A stretch of 64,000 nucleotides of DNA from Gemmatimonadota bacterium (lineage in GTDB: Bacteria > Gemmatimonadota > Gemmatimonadetes > Gemmatimonadales > GWC2-71-9), in the NCBI GenBank assembly GCA_025350665.1, contig JANXXJ010000089.1, positions 1,021-65,020 on the forward strand, written 5' to 3'. The position numbers were made by a program, and so were the translations under genes. Numbering within the stretch: position 1 is the stretch's first letter; each line of letters opens with the position of its first letter. Of this stretch, positions 39,020 to 47,869 are shown one piece after another. The notes under the pieces were generated by a model. That model saw only the letters and a program-made list of their open reading frames with translations. It ran no database searches and was not told the origin of the DNA.

Positions 39020-39451
39020 ATGACCAATCCCACCGTGCCCGACGCCGAGCGTGGCGACGGCATTCACGTTCTTCGTGCCAGCGCGATCTGCCGGGCGTGG
39101 AACGGGATTCAATACAAGGCCGGGCTGGCCGGGCGGAACGTCGGATCCCGCCAGTTGTCGATGAACGTGGCGACCGTGCCGCCGGGGGCGATCGCGTTCG
39201 CACACATCCACGTCGATTTCGAAGTGATGCTCTACATTCTCCAGGGACGGGTCAAGCACGCCTACGGGGACGGTCTGGCCCAGGTGGTCGAGAACGGTCC
39301 GGGCGACTTCATCTTCATCGAGCCGGGCGTGCCGCACGAAGTCTTCAATCTGAGCGACACCGAGCCGGTCGTGGCGGTCGTGGCCCGGTCGGATGCGGGT
39401 GAATGGGAGAACATCGTCGACTATCCCAGCCAGTATCGGCCCGCCAAGTGA
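39020..39451 (+). CDS. cupin domain protein
   Basis: Within ORF 38915..39451; start taken at MTNPTVPD. Cupin motifs PGAIAFAHIHVDFE and GDFIFIEPGVPHEVFN. Confidence 0.75.
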   Translation: MTNPTVPDAERGDGIHVLRASAICRAWNGIQYKAGLAGRNVGSRQLSMNVATVPPGAIAFAHIHVDFEVMLYILQGRVKHAYGDGLAQVVENGPGDFIFIEPGVPHEVFNLSDTEPVVAVVARSDAGEWENIVDYPSQYRPAK

Positions 39452-40236
39452 CACCCTGGGTTCTTCGCCTGGTCATCGCCAACGTCGGCGTGTACTTCCT
39501 GCAGACGATGCTGCCGGGGATCGAGCAGCTCCTGGAGCTCCAGGCGGTTGGCCTGGTGTACCGGCCGTGGACGCTCGTGACGTACATGTTCCTGCACGCC
39601 AACCTGAGTCATATCTTCTGGAACATGCTGGGCCTGTATTTCTTCGGGCCCATTCTCGAGGCCCGGCTGGGCGGCCCCCGGTTTTTGCGGCTGTTTCTGA
39701 TCAGCGGGGCGGTCGGGGGGCTGTGCTGGCTCATTTTCACGGCCCTGCCGCTCGGCGGGATCGGTGCGCTGATCGGGGCCTCGGGTGGTGTGTTCGGGGT
39801 TCAGCTCGGCTTCGCCTACTTCTGGCCTCGGCAGCCGATCTACATTTGGGGCATCGTGCCGATCGAAGCGCGGTGGCTGGTCGTGATCATGACGGCGATT
39901 TCGCTGTTCTCGGGAATTACCGGGTCGGGGGGCGGGGTGGCGCACTTCGCTCACCTGGGTGGGTTTCTTGGCGGGTTCCTCTATCTCCGATGGCTGGAAG
40001 GCAAGCAACAGGCTCCGCTCCGTGAATGGCAATCGGCGGCGCGGCCAGCGGTTCCGCGCCGGGAGGCGCCGACGCGGTCGCTCGAACGCTGGCAGAAGAT
40101 CAAACGCGACGATCTGCACGAGGTCAACCGCGCCGAACTCGACCGAATTCTCGACAAGATCGGCGGGTCGGGGATTGCGAGTCTGAGCCAGGCGGAACGC
40201 GACTTCCTCGATCGTTTCAGTTCCCGGCTCCAATAG
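39448..40236 (+). CDS. rhomboid family intramembrane serine protease
   Basis: Within ORF 39403..40236; the GTG at 39448 overlaps the cupin stop (GTGA). Catalytic GASGGVFG and HLGGFLGG, multiple TM helices, and a C-terminal cytoplasmic extension. Confidence 0.85.
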   Translation: MTPWVLRLVIANVGVYFLQTMLPGIEQLLELQAVGLVYRPWTLVTYMFLHANLSHIFWNMLGLYFFGPILEARLGGPRFLRLFLISGAVGGLCWLIFTALPLGGIGALIGASGGVFGVQLGFAYFWPRQPIYIWGIVPIEARWLVVIMTAISLFSGITGSGGGVAHFAHLGGFLGGFLYLRWLEGKQQAPLREWQSAARPAVPRREAPTRSLERWQKIKRDDLHEVNRAELDRILDKIGGSGIASLSQAERDFLDRFSSRLQ

Positions 40237-40240
40237 CGAC

Positions 40241-40738
40241 ATGCGACCGACTGCCCTGTTCGCGGCCGCCGCCGCCGTTTTGACGCTGGCCACCCCGCTC
40301 AAGGCCCAGACCCCGGGCGATGAGTTGCCGCCTTCGATGGCGCGGGCCCGGGGCGAGTATCTGTCCCGGACGTACACCGATGTGAAGCAGTTGCTGGTGG
40401 ACTGGCAGGACTTTCACCAGAAGAACGATGCCGTGAAGCTTGGCAAGCTGTTCACCGATGATGGCCTGTTCTCACCGATCGAGGGCTGGTACGTGCAGGG
40501 CCGCGCGGCGCTGGTCGATTCGATGCGGCTCCGGATCCCCCGGATCCAGGCCTACCACTCCTCGTTGATCGATTTCACCGCCAGCGGCGGCTTGGCCTAC
40601 TACCTCGGGCGGATGAGTTATCATCGGCAGGATGGCGCCGGCGTGGACGTGTCCGGCACCTTCGTGATGGTGCTCTATCTCGACGGGCGGCACTGGAAAA
40701 TCCGCAGCTACATCGAGCGCGCCGGCCCCATCGACTAG
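40241..40738 (+). CDS. secreted NTF2-like (SnoaL/DUF4440-like) protein
   Basis: 165-aa ORF. Signal peptide MRPTALFAAAAAVLTLATPLKAQ. NTF2-like size and pattern (GTFVMVLYLDGRHWKI). Confidence 0.6.
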   Translation: MRPTALFAAAAAVLTLATPLKAQTPGDELPPSMARARGEYLSRTYTDVKQLLVDWQDFHQKNDAVKLGKLFTDDGLFSPIEGWYVQGRAALVDSMRLRIPRIQAYHSSLIDFTASGGLAYYLGRMSYHRQDGAGVDVSGTFVMVLYLDGRHWKIRSYIERAGPID

Positions 40739-40742
40739 CAGG

Positions 40743-41699
40743 TCATCGGGGCTGGGTGGACTTCACCAGCGGCAGCTCGGTTCGGGCGCTCCAATCCCTC
40801 ATCGATCCATCGTAGATCTTCGGCTGATAGCCGAGGAGCCGGGCCAGGAAGTACATATGGCTGGCTCGGAACCCCACCGTGCAGTAGGTCACGACCTGCC
40901 GATCCTTCGCGGCGCCCGCCGCGGCAAACATCTTTTCCAGTTGCGCCCGCGGTACGAGGAGCGTCGAGCGCCCGCTGTCGGCGGCAGCGCGGTTGGTGAA
41001 GGTGTCGACCCAGTTCACGTTGTGGGCGCCGGGGATGTGGCCGTAGCGCGGCAGCATTTCGACCTCGGTCGTGCCAGCGTACTCCGCCGGGCTCCGGGCA
41101 TCGATCAGGGTGACGCCGGCGTCATCGGTGTGGGTCTTGACCCAATCGGCGTCGACCACGATCGATCGGGGTCGGGGTTCGATGGAACCGTGTCCGGCCG
41201 GCGCCGGTTCCGTGCTCAGGGGCTGTCCGGCGGCGGCCCAGGCTGAGAGGCCACCGTCGAGCATGGCGGTCTGATCGCCGAGCCCGATCAGGTCGAGCGC
41301 GAGAAATGCGCGCGGGGTGGTCCACGCGTCGCCATAGAGAATGATCCGGGAGTTGCTCGACACGCCGGCCGATTCGAAAATCGAGTCGATGACGGCCACG
41401 GTCGGAAGCTCGACGCCGGGGGCGGCCGTCGTCCAGAGGGTCCGGGCCGGGAGGAATCGGGCGCCGGGGACGTGGCCCTTGTCGTAGTCTTCTTTTTCCC
41501 GGGCAATGTGGAGGATCACCACCGCGGCGTCGGTTCGGTGGCGGGAGACCCAAACGGCGGATACCAGCAGGTCGGCCGGGGCGGCGGTGCCGGTCAGGGC
41601 CAGGGCAAACAGAGGAAACAGCACGGCAGATCTCCGGATGACGGGTCGCGTTGGCGGTGGGTTACCCGCCCCTTCACTGGAACGATAGCGGGCCCTCAC
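40743..41699 (-). CDS. rhodanese-domain sulfurtransferase (two rhodanese domains)
   Basis: Within ORF 40743..41867. The GTG at 41697-41699 precedes a signal-like segment (AVLFPLFALALTGTAAPA). Segments GHVPGA and GHIPGA. Active-site loop CTVGFRAS. The start is uncertain. Confidence 0.78.
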   Translation of the reverse strand: MRARYRSSEGAGNPPPTRPVIRRSAVLFPLFALALTGTAAPADLLVSAVWVSRHRTDAAVVILHIAREKEDYDKGHVPGARFLPARTLWTTAAPGVELPTVAVIDSIFESAGVSSNSRIILYGDAWTTPRAFLALDLIGLGDQTAMLDGGLSAWAAAGQPLSTEPAPAGHGSIEPRPRSIVVDADWVKTHTDDAGVTLIDARSPAEYAGTTEVEMLPRYGHIPGAHNVNWVDTFTNRAAADSGRSTLLVPRAQLEKMFAAAGAAKDRQVVTYCTVGFRASHMYFLARLLGYQPKIYDGSMRDWSARTELPLVKSTQPR

Positions 41700-41789
41700 G
41701 GGCTTGTCATCGGATCGCCATCCGGGCGCGAGGCTGTCGTCATGGCCAGTGCCGACATTGGAATGGTCCTCAATCCTCGGAGGGTTCCA

Positions 41790-42464
41790 ATGTTTTCGCA
41801 GCTGATCGAATCGAGCCGGCGGCCCGGGCGGCCCAACCCCGACGGGTTTCTGTCCTTCGCCTTCCACGTTGCGTTGGGGGTCGGCGTGATCGGGGCATCG
41901 CGGCAGGGGATGGCAGTCCTATCGGGTCCGGTGGTCGACACTCAGATCGTGTTCACGGCGAGCGAACCGATCCCGATTCCGGTGCGGCACCTCGACCGCA
42001 GGGGCCTGGCCTTGACCGTTGTGGCGCCGGCCCCGGTCGCCGTTGTGGTGACGGTGCCGGCGGACATCCCGACGAGCATCCCTCCTGCGGAACGCGGCCG
42101 GTCCGCATCGCTGTGGGCGGTTCCGTTGCCGCCTGGTTGTGCAGCCTGTTCCGGGATCGGCCTCGATTCCACCGTCGTGTTCGAGGAATCATCAGTCGAT
42201 CAGCCGGTGGAGGTGCTGGATCAACGGCCGCCCGTGTACCCGCGAGGCCTCGAGGCGATGGGGGTGACGGGACGGGTGGTGCTGGAGTACGTCGTAAACG
42301 CCGAGGGTGTGGTCGAGCCGGGTTCCGTGAGGGTGCTCGAGGCGACCAATTCTGCGTTCGGGGAGAGTGCGGTCAAGGCGATCGGGCAGAGCCGGTTCCG
42401 TCCGGCGCGGATCGGCCGCACGGCGGTGAAGCAACTGGTGCGGCAAGCGGTGGGGTATAGGTAG
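41790..42464 (+). CDS. TonB-family energy transducer (C-terminal TonB domain)
   Basis: Within ORF 41472..42464; ATG at 41790 (MFSQLIESS). One TM helix (FLSFAFHVALGVGVIGA). C-terminal PVYPRGLEAMGVTGRVVLEYVVNAEGVVEPGS. Confidence 0.75.
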   Translation: MFSQLIESSRRPGRPNPDGFLSFAFHVALGVGVIGASRQGMAVLSGPVVDTQIVFTASEPIPIPVRHLDRRGLALTVVAPAPVAVVVTVPADIPTSIPPAERGRSASLWAVPLPPGCAACSGIGLDSTVVFEESSVDQPVEVLDQRPPVYPRGLEAMGVTGRVVLEYVVNAEGVVEPGSVRVLEATNSAFGESAVKAIGQSRFRPARIGRTAVKQLVRQAVGYR

Positions 42465-42526
42465 TAAGTAGTAAGTAGGGGCTCCGTCTTCTGTGAGCAA
42501 CGAAGCCCCTACTCTCTACTTGCTAC
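42461..42526. repeat. AT-rich long imperfect inverted repeat between convergent genes
   Basis: Left arm GTAGTAAGTAGTAAGTAGGGGCT (42461-42483) and right arm AGCCCCTACTCTCTACTTGCTAC (42504-42526). The core 10 bp are perfect (AGTAGGGGCT/AGCCCCTACT), and the outer 13 bp have 3 mismatches. The loop is about 20 nt. The left arm holds tandem stops TAG TAA. Confidence 0.6.
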
Positions 42527-42529
42527 TCA

Positions 42530-43099
42530 CTAAAAAAACAGAAAACTCGGCGGCGCCATGCCGTTCTTCCGGAAGTTGGCGACGATCTGGCCGGCGGTCC
42601 ACATCGAGTGCTGGTTCAGTTCGTCCCAGACCTGCCACTTCGGAATGAAGTTGCCGAAGAACTTGACCTGGGTGTCGCGGTCAGAGTCGGTCTGGGCGGC
42701 GATCATCGCGTCGAGCGAATCGTAGGTGTCGTTGATGTACTTCTTGAGGCCGGCGCGGCTGTTGAAGACCGCGGCTGTGTCGGCGGGGCCGACCGGCTGG
42801 CCCTTCAGGAACATGTTGGAGATAAAGGCGTTGGCCGAGACGATGTGGTGGACCTGTTCGGAAAAGGACCGCTGGGGCGGGGTGGCCCGGTCGCGATAGA
42901 GCTTTTCCGGCATCGAGTCCGCGAAGCTCAGGAGGAGCTTCCGCTGCGACTTGAGCGCGGCCTGCTGGATGGTGCGGTACTCCTTCGACATCTGGAACTT
43001 GGCCGGGGCGGTCTCGGGCGGCTTCGGTTGGGCGGCGGCGACACCGGCCAGGCCGGCGACGAGTGCCGTGGCGACGAGCATGGAGCGAATGGAGCGCAT
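42530..43099 (-). CDS. secreted DinB-superfamily protein
   Basis: 189-aa ORF with signal peptide MRSIRSMLVATALVAGLAGVAAAQ. DinB-like helical-bundle histidines (EQVHHIV, NQHSMWTAGQ). Confidence 0.7.
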   Translation of the reverse strand: MRSIRSMLVATALVAGLAGVAAAQPKPPETAPAKFQMSKEYRTIQQAALKSQRKLLLSFADSMPEKLYRDRATPPQRSFSEQVHHIVSANAFISNMFLKGQPVGPADTAAVFNSRAGLKKYINDTYDSLDAMIAAQTDSDRDTQVKFFGNFIPKWQVWDELNQHSMWTAGQIVANFRKNGMAPPSFLFF

Positions 43100-43194
43100 T
43101 GGATCCTCGAAAAGGGGAACGGGGTCTAAAGATAGCGTGGGGCCTCTACCGGACTACGCCTGGGGCCGGGGCCCGGTTCCAGGGGCCACGGGAC

Positions 43195-44196
43195 TCAGGC
43201 GAAAAGGGCCACCTGGCCGCCGGTATGCCAGAACAGGACGGTAGCATCCGCGGGGATCCGGCCATCCCGGCAGTAGGCGATCAGACCAGCCAGTGCCTTG
43301 GCGGTGTAGGTGTGATCCACGAAGACGGCCTCATGGTGGGCAGCGGCCGTCTGGGCCTCCCGAGACGCATCGGTCGGCTGGCCGTACCCGGGGCCGACGA
43401 AGGCGTCGTCCACTTCGATACGGAGGGCGTCCACCAGGGCCGTTGAACCAACGCCAAGGAGGTCGCCGATGCCTGCGGCGATGGCCCGCACTTCGGCCTC
43501 GACGGCGGCTGGGGGATCGTCGGCGCTGATCCCGATGACGCGGGCGTCGAGCCGGTGAAGGGCGACGCCGGTGACCAGGCCGGCCGACGTTCCGCCCGAC
43601 GAGCAGGCGTGGACGATGACGTCGGGCCGGGCCCCCTGGTGGAGCATTTCGCCGACGCCGGCCACGAAGCCCAGGGCACCCATTGGCGTCGACGCGCCGA
43701 GCGGCACGATGGCGGGTCGCCGCCCCTGGGCGCGGTAGCGTTCGACGGCCTGGGCCATCCCCGGTTTGCGATCCAGGCGGCCGGTCACGTATTCGCAGGT
43801 TGCGCCGAGGAGCTGGTTCAGGAGGGCATTGCCGGTGAGGTGCTCCGGCGGGGTGCCATTGACGACGATGTGACAGTGCAGCCCGGACGCGGCACAGGCC
43901 GCGGCGGTGGCCCGGGCGTGATTCGACTGGACGCCGCCACAGGTGATCACCGTATCGACGCCCTGGGCGATGAGATCCGGGATCACGTACCGGAGCTTCC
44001 GCACCTTGTTCCCGCCGAAACCGAACGAAATCGCGTCGTCGCGCTTGATGAAGAGCCGTTGAGACAGCCCGAGCGCGGCGCCGAGCCGGTTCATCGAGTC
44101 AATCGGGGTCGGGAAGTGGCCGAGTGCGGCGCTGGGCCGACGGGCGAGGTCGGCCAGGGCGATTTTCGCGATGGCGGAGTCGATCATGGTCTCCAA
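43195..44196 (-). CDS. PLP-dependent ACC deaminase / D-cysteine desulfhydrase family protein
   Basis: 333-aa ORF. PLP-lysine motif GGNKVRKL. Also TCGGVQSNHARA and a Gly-rich loop SSGGTSAG. Confidence 0.85.
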   Translation of the reverse strand: METMIDSAIAKIALADLARRPSAALGHFPTPIDSMNRLGAALGLSQRLFIKRDDAISFGFGGNKVRKLRYVIPDLIAQGVDTVITCGGVQSNHARATAAACAASGLHCHIVVNGTPPEHLTGNALLNQLLGATCEYVTGRLDRKPGMAQAVERYRAQGRRPAIVPLGASTPMGALGFVAGVGEMLHQGARPDVIVHACSSGGTSAGLVTGVALHRLDARVIGISADDPPAAVEAEVRAIAAGIGDLLGVGSTALVDALRIEVDDAFVGPGYGQPTDASREAQTAAAHHEAVFVDHTYTAKALAGLIAYCRDGRIPADATVLFWHTGGQVALFA

Positions 44197-44229
44197 GATA
44201 GCTCGGAATCGGGGTAGTTAGATTTGGGG

Positions 44230-45840
44230 ATGGGATTCCGCATTCTCGTTACGGACGACATCGACAACGAAGGCGTTGAGCTGCTCCGGGCCGTTCCCGA
44301 TTTCATCGTGGACGACGTGCCCACGTTGCCCGCCGATCAGCTTCTGGCCCGGATCGCCGACTACGACGCAATCATCGGCCGAAGTGCCACCAAGGTTTCG
44401 GAGACTCTGCTCAAGGCCGCGACCCGCCTCAAGGTGGTGGGCCGGGCCGGGGTGGGCGTCGACAACGTGGCGATCGACGCCGCGACCCGGCTGGGCATCG
44501 CGGTCATCAACGCGCCGGCCGGGAACACGGTGGCGGTGGCAGAACTCTGGTTTGGCGTGATGCTTTCGTTGGTCCGACACCTCACCCGGGCCAACGTCTC
44601 CATGCAGGAGGGCCGCTGGGACCGGTCGGACCTTCTCGGCACCGAGCTCAAGGGCCGGATGCTCGGGATCGTGGGTCTGGGCCGGATCGGCGGCGAAATC
44701 GCCACGCGGGCTCGCGCATTCGGCATCAAGGTCTCGGCCTACGACCCCTACATTGCCGAGGATCGGTTCACGGCTTTGGGGGTGGCGCGGGTCGCGACGC
44801 TCGCGGGGCTCTGCGCCGTCGCCGACATTCTGACCGTGCACACACCGCTGACCGCGGAAACCACCGGCCTGATCGGCGTGAAGGAACTGGCCTCACTCCG
44901 GCCCGGGGCCATCGTGGCCAATCTGGCGCGCGGCGGGATCGTGGACGACAACGCGCTTCGGGTCGCGCTCGAGACCGGGCACCTACGGGGGGCGGCGCTC
45001 GACGTGTATGCCGCCGAGCCGGTCAAAGGGGATCATGCCTGGCGCCGGATCGAGAACGTGGTGCTGACGCCGCACATTGGGGCTTCGACGGCGGAGGCGC
45101 AGCGCAACGTGGCCGTGGACGCGTGCGAGGCGGTGCGCGATGCCCTGCTGCGCGGCGACCTGTCGCGATCCCTCAACGTGACGATGCCCGCGGGCGACTG
45201 GTCGCTGCTCCGGCCGGTCGTCGATCTGGCCCAGCGGGCGGCGGAAGTGGCGCGGACGCTGCTGGCCGATCACGGCGCCCGGGCGATTCAGTCGTTGACT
45301 CTCACCCGCGGCGCTGATCTCGCCGCGGCCGGCACCACGCTGCTGTCAGCCGCGGCGCTGGGGGCGCTCGAAGGGGTGATCGACGAGTCGCGACTCAACC
45401 TGATCAACGCCCGCGCCATCGCGACGTCGCGCGGCATCACGCTGGGCATCGCCGAAGACTCGGCGCAGGCCCATCCGCGGGCGATCGAAGTGCGGATTGT
45501 CGCGGACGGGCAGGAGATGCGGATCGGCGGCGTGGCGCCGATCGATGCTGCGCCACGGCTCACCAGAGTGGGCCCGTTCCACGTGGATGTGGCGCCGCGG
45601 GAAACGCTGATCGTTCTGACCAACCGTGACGTACCCGGCGTGATCGGTCACGTTGGCACCGCGCTCGGCGATGCCGGGGTGAACATCGCCGAGTACCACC
45701 AGGCCCGGCTGGCGGAAGGGGGCGAGGCACTGGCGGTGATCTCGGTGGACGGCCCTGGTGGTGCCGATCTCCGGCGGACACTCCTCGACATTCCTGACGT
45801 CCAATCCGCGTCGGTGATCCACTTTCCCGCCGTCGAATGA
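44230..45840 (+). CDS. serA: D-3-phosphoglycerate dehydrogenase (long form with ASB and ACT domains)
   Basis: ATG at 44230 within ORF 44224..45840. NAD-binding GIVGLGRIGGEIA. Catalytic region NLARGGIVD and TPHIGAST. C-terminal ACT segment LTNRDVPGVIGHVGTALGDAGVNIAEY. Confidence 0.9.
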   Translation: MGFRILVTDDIDNEGVELLRAVPDFIVDDVPTLPADQLLARIADYDAIIGRSATKVSETLLKAATRLKVVGRAGVGVDNVAIDAATRLGIAVINAPAGNTVAVAELWFGVMLSLVRHLTRANVSMQEGRWDRSDLLGTELKGRMLGIVGLGRIGGEIATRARAFGIKVSAYDPYIAEDRFTALGVARVATLAGLCAVADILTVHTPLTAETTGLIGVKELASLRPGAIVANLARGGIVDDNALRVALETGHLRGAALDVYAAEPVKGDHAWRRIENVVLTPHIGASTAEAQRNVAVDACEAVRDALLRGDLSRSLNVTMPAGDWSLLRPVVDLAQRAAEVARTLLADHGARAIQSLTLTRGADLAAAGTTLLSAAALGALEGVIDESRLNLINARAIATSRGITLGIAEDSAQAHPRAIEVRIVADGQEMRIGGVAPIDAAPRLTRVGPFHVDVAPRETLIVLTNRDVPGVIGHVGTALGDAGVNIAEYHQARLAEGGEALAVISVDGPGGADLRRTLLDIPDVQSASVIHFPAVE

Positions 45841-47198
45841 TTGCACTGGTTACCGACCGCGACGTTCGCGTCGGGTTTTCGGCGGACGCGTCGGGGCTGA
45901 TTCTGGTGCCCGACGCGGTGGCCCGGCCGTCGAGCGTCGATGAGGTTGTCGACGTTCTCCGTCAGGCCGGGGCCGAGAGAACTCCAGTCACGCCGGCGGG
46001 GGGCCAGACCAGCACCACGGCCGCCAGCATCACCGACCGCGGCATTCTGCTGTCGACCCGGGCGCTCGACCGGATTCTCAACATCGACGTCGGGGCCCGG
46101 ACGGCGCGGGTCGAGTCCGGGGTGCTGATCGGCGATCTGCAGCGGGCGCTGGCGCCTCACGGTCTCTTCTTTGCCCCGGACCCGACCAGTGACCAGGAGT
46201 GCACCATCGGGGGCGCGATCGCGTGCAATGCGTCGGGGCCGCGGACGTTGCGCTACGGCGCGACCCGGGTGCACGTGAAGGGCCTGACGGTGGCGCTCCT
46301 GGGCGGACAGGTGATCGAGGTGCGGCGATCCCGGCTCGAGAAGAACACGGTCGGGTATCCGCCCCTTCAGGATCTGGTCGACTGGTTCGTCGGAAGTGAA
46401 GGCACCCTTGGCGTGGTGGTGGCGGCTGAACTGGCGCTGTTGTCGAAGCCCGCCGTGGAAATCGGTCTCGCGATCCCGTTTGCCGATGAGCGGCAGGCGC
46501 TGGCATTCGTCGTGACGGCGCGGGAATCGGCGGCGGTGTCGCCCCGGTGTCTTGAGTTTCTGGACGGGGAAGCGGCGGCGATCGCTCGCGGGGATGGAGG
46601 TGCGAGCGTGTGGCCGGCGGACGTTGGTGCCGTGGTCTACGTCGAGGAGGCCCGGAACGATGAGCCGCCGCTCGACGCCTGGCTCGCGCTGGCCGAGGCG
46701 CATGGCGCGCTGACCGACGCCGTCAACGTCTTTGAGGGAGACGGCTCGCTCGGCGTGGCCCGGCGGCTTCGTCATGCGGTGCCGGCCCAGATGCACGAGC
46801 GGGCGGTACGGTATCGCGAGGCCGGCGGTCGGCGGATCTCGACTGACTGGGCGGTGCCCTATTCCAACCTGGCGGCGGTGATCAGCGAGGTCCGGGCCCG
46901 CGCGGCGGAGGCGGAACTGATCCCTCCAGTGATCTTCGGCCATGCGGGCAACGGGCATCCGCACTGCAACTACATCGGCCGGGATGCCGCCGAGGTCAGG
47001 ACGATCGAAGCGGTGGTGGAGCGGACGCTGCGGGACGTGGTCGGCCAGGGGGGGACGGTGGCGGCGGAACACGGGATCGGGAAGATCAAGGCCAAGTGGT
47101 TGCCGCTCCAGTTCGATTCGACCCAGCAGCGGATGCTGCGGGCAGTGAAACGGGAACTGGATCCGCTCGGACTCCTGGCCCCAGGCAACATCATCTAG
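45837..47198 (+). CDS. FAD-linked oxidase (GlcD / D-2-hydroxyacid dehydrogenase-like)
   Basis: 453-aa ORF whose ATG overlaps the serA stop (ATGA at 45837-45840). FAD-binding PCMH-type N-terminal domain (VTPAGGQTSTT, ECTIGGAIACNASG). C-terminal HGIGKIK. Confidence 0.85.
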   Translation: MIALVTDRDVRVGFSADASGLILVPDAVARPSSVDEVVDVLRQAGAERTPVTPAGGQTSTTAASITDRGILLSTRALDRILNIDVGARTARVESGVLIGDLQRALAPHGLFFAPDPTSDQECTIGGAIACNASGPRTLRYGATRVHVKGLTVALLGGQVIEVRRSRLEKNTVGYPPLQDLVDWFVGSEGTLGVVVAAELALLSKPAVEIGLAIPFADERQALAFVVTARESAAVSPRCLEFLDGEAAAIARGDGGASVWPADVGAVVYVEEARNDEPPLDAWLALAEAHGALTDAVNVFEGDGSLGVARRLRHAVPAQMHERAVRYREAGGRRISTDWAVPYSNLAAVISEVRARAAEAELIPPVIFGHAGNGHPHCNYIGRDAAEVRTIEAVVERTLRDVVGQGGTVAAEHGIGKIKAKWLPLQFDSTQQRMLRAVKRELDPLGLLAPGNII

Positions 47199-47443
47199 CC
47201 CTCTCGACTGGGCCGTGGCCCGCAACGAATTGCAGTCGCCGGTGACGGGGCGGAACAACTTGCCGCCACCGTGTCGCGACCGAAAATCTCGCTCATTGCC
47301 CGCCCCCGACGTTAGGCCGGCCCGCCCCCATCGGTGACGCCGCCGCTCCAGATCGTTGACAATGCACGAGATTCGCCGGGGCCGGCCGCCTCGGCACCCA
47401 CCTTGCCTTCTCATTCGCCGACTCCCCACCCGAGGACGGCAGG

Positions 47444-47869
47444 ATGCCGAAGACCAGCGATATCAGACCGCAGTTGAGCTACGTGCTGACTGCGATCTCC
47501 GACCAGGAAGTGCATAACGTTGCATGCTGGCTCCGGAGCAACTCGCTCTCGCCGGCGGTGGAGATCGTCCTGGCGGCGCCGGCGAAGGTCTTTTCCCGGA
47601 TAGCGGCGCGGGCGATCCCATCGCATGTCAAACTGGCCTCGGCGGACGGCGTCGTGGACCGCAAAGGCGTTCAGGTGGCCGGCGCGCGCGAGACCACCGG
47701 CCTGGTGGTGATCTGCGTCAGTTGTGAAGACGATTTCGAATCCCAGCTCCGCGACCCCTTCGCCGTTGCGACGTCCGGCGATGAGGATCCGAGTGAGTGG
47801 GCGGGGGCCGTGGTGGCCGAGTTGCCGCCGGCCCGGGTGGAGGTCAGCGCGGGTCCGGTAATTCGCTAA
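47444..47869 (+). CDS. hypothetical protein (weak resemblance to the N-terminal half of a GT2 glycosyltransferase)
   Basis: 141-aa ORF with GC3-rich codons. LSYVLTA, EIVLAAP and ARETTGLVVICVSCEDDF loosely resemble GT2 N-terminal strands, but the protein is too short for a full domain. Low confidence. Confidence 0.4.
   Translation: MPKTSDIRPQLSYVLTAISDQEVHNVACWLRSNSLSPAVEIVLAAPAKVFSRIAARAIPSHVKLASADGVVDRKGVQVAGARETTGLVVICVSCEDDFESQLRDPFAVATSGDEDPSEWAGAVVAELPPARVEVSAGPVIR

Noticed and set aside
47356-47361. Perfect TTGACA in the 245-nt gap upstream of the 141-aa ORF
   Set aside because: There is no plausible -10 hexamer at 16-18 nt spacing, because the downstream sequence is GC-rich. It is not reportable as a promoter.
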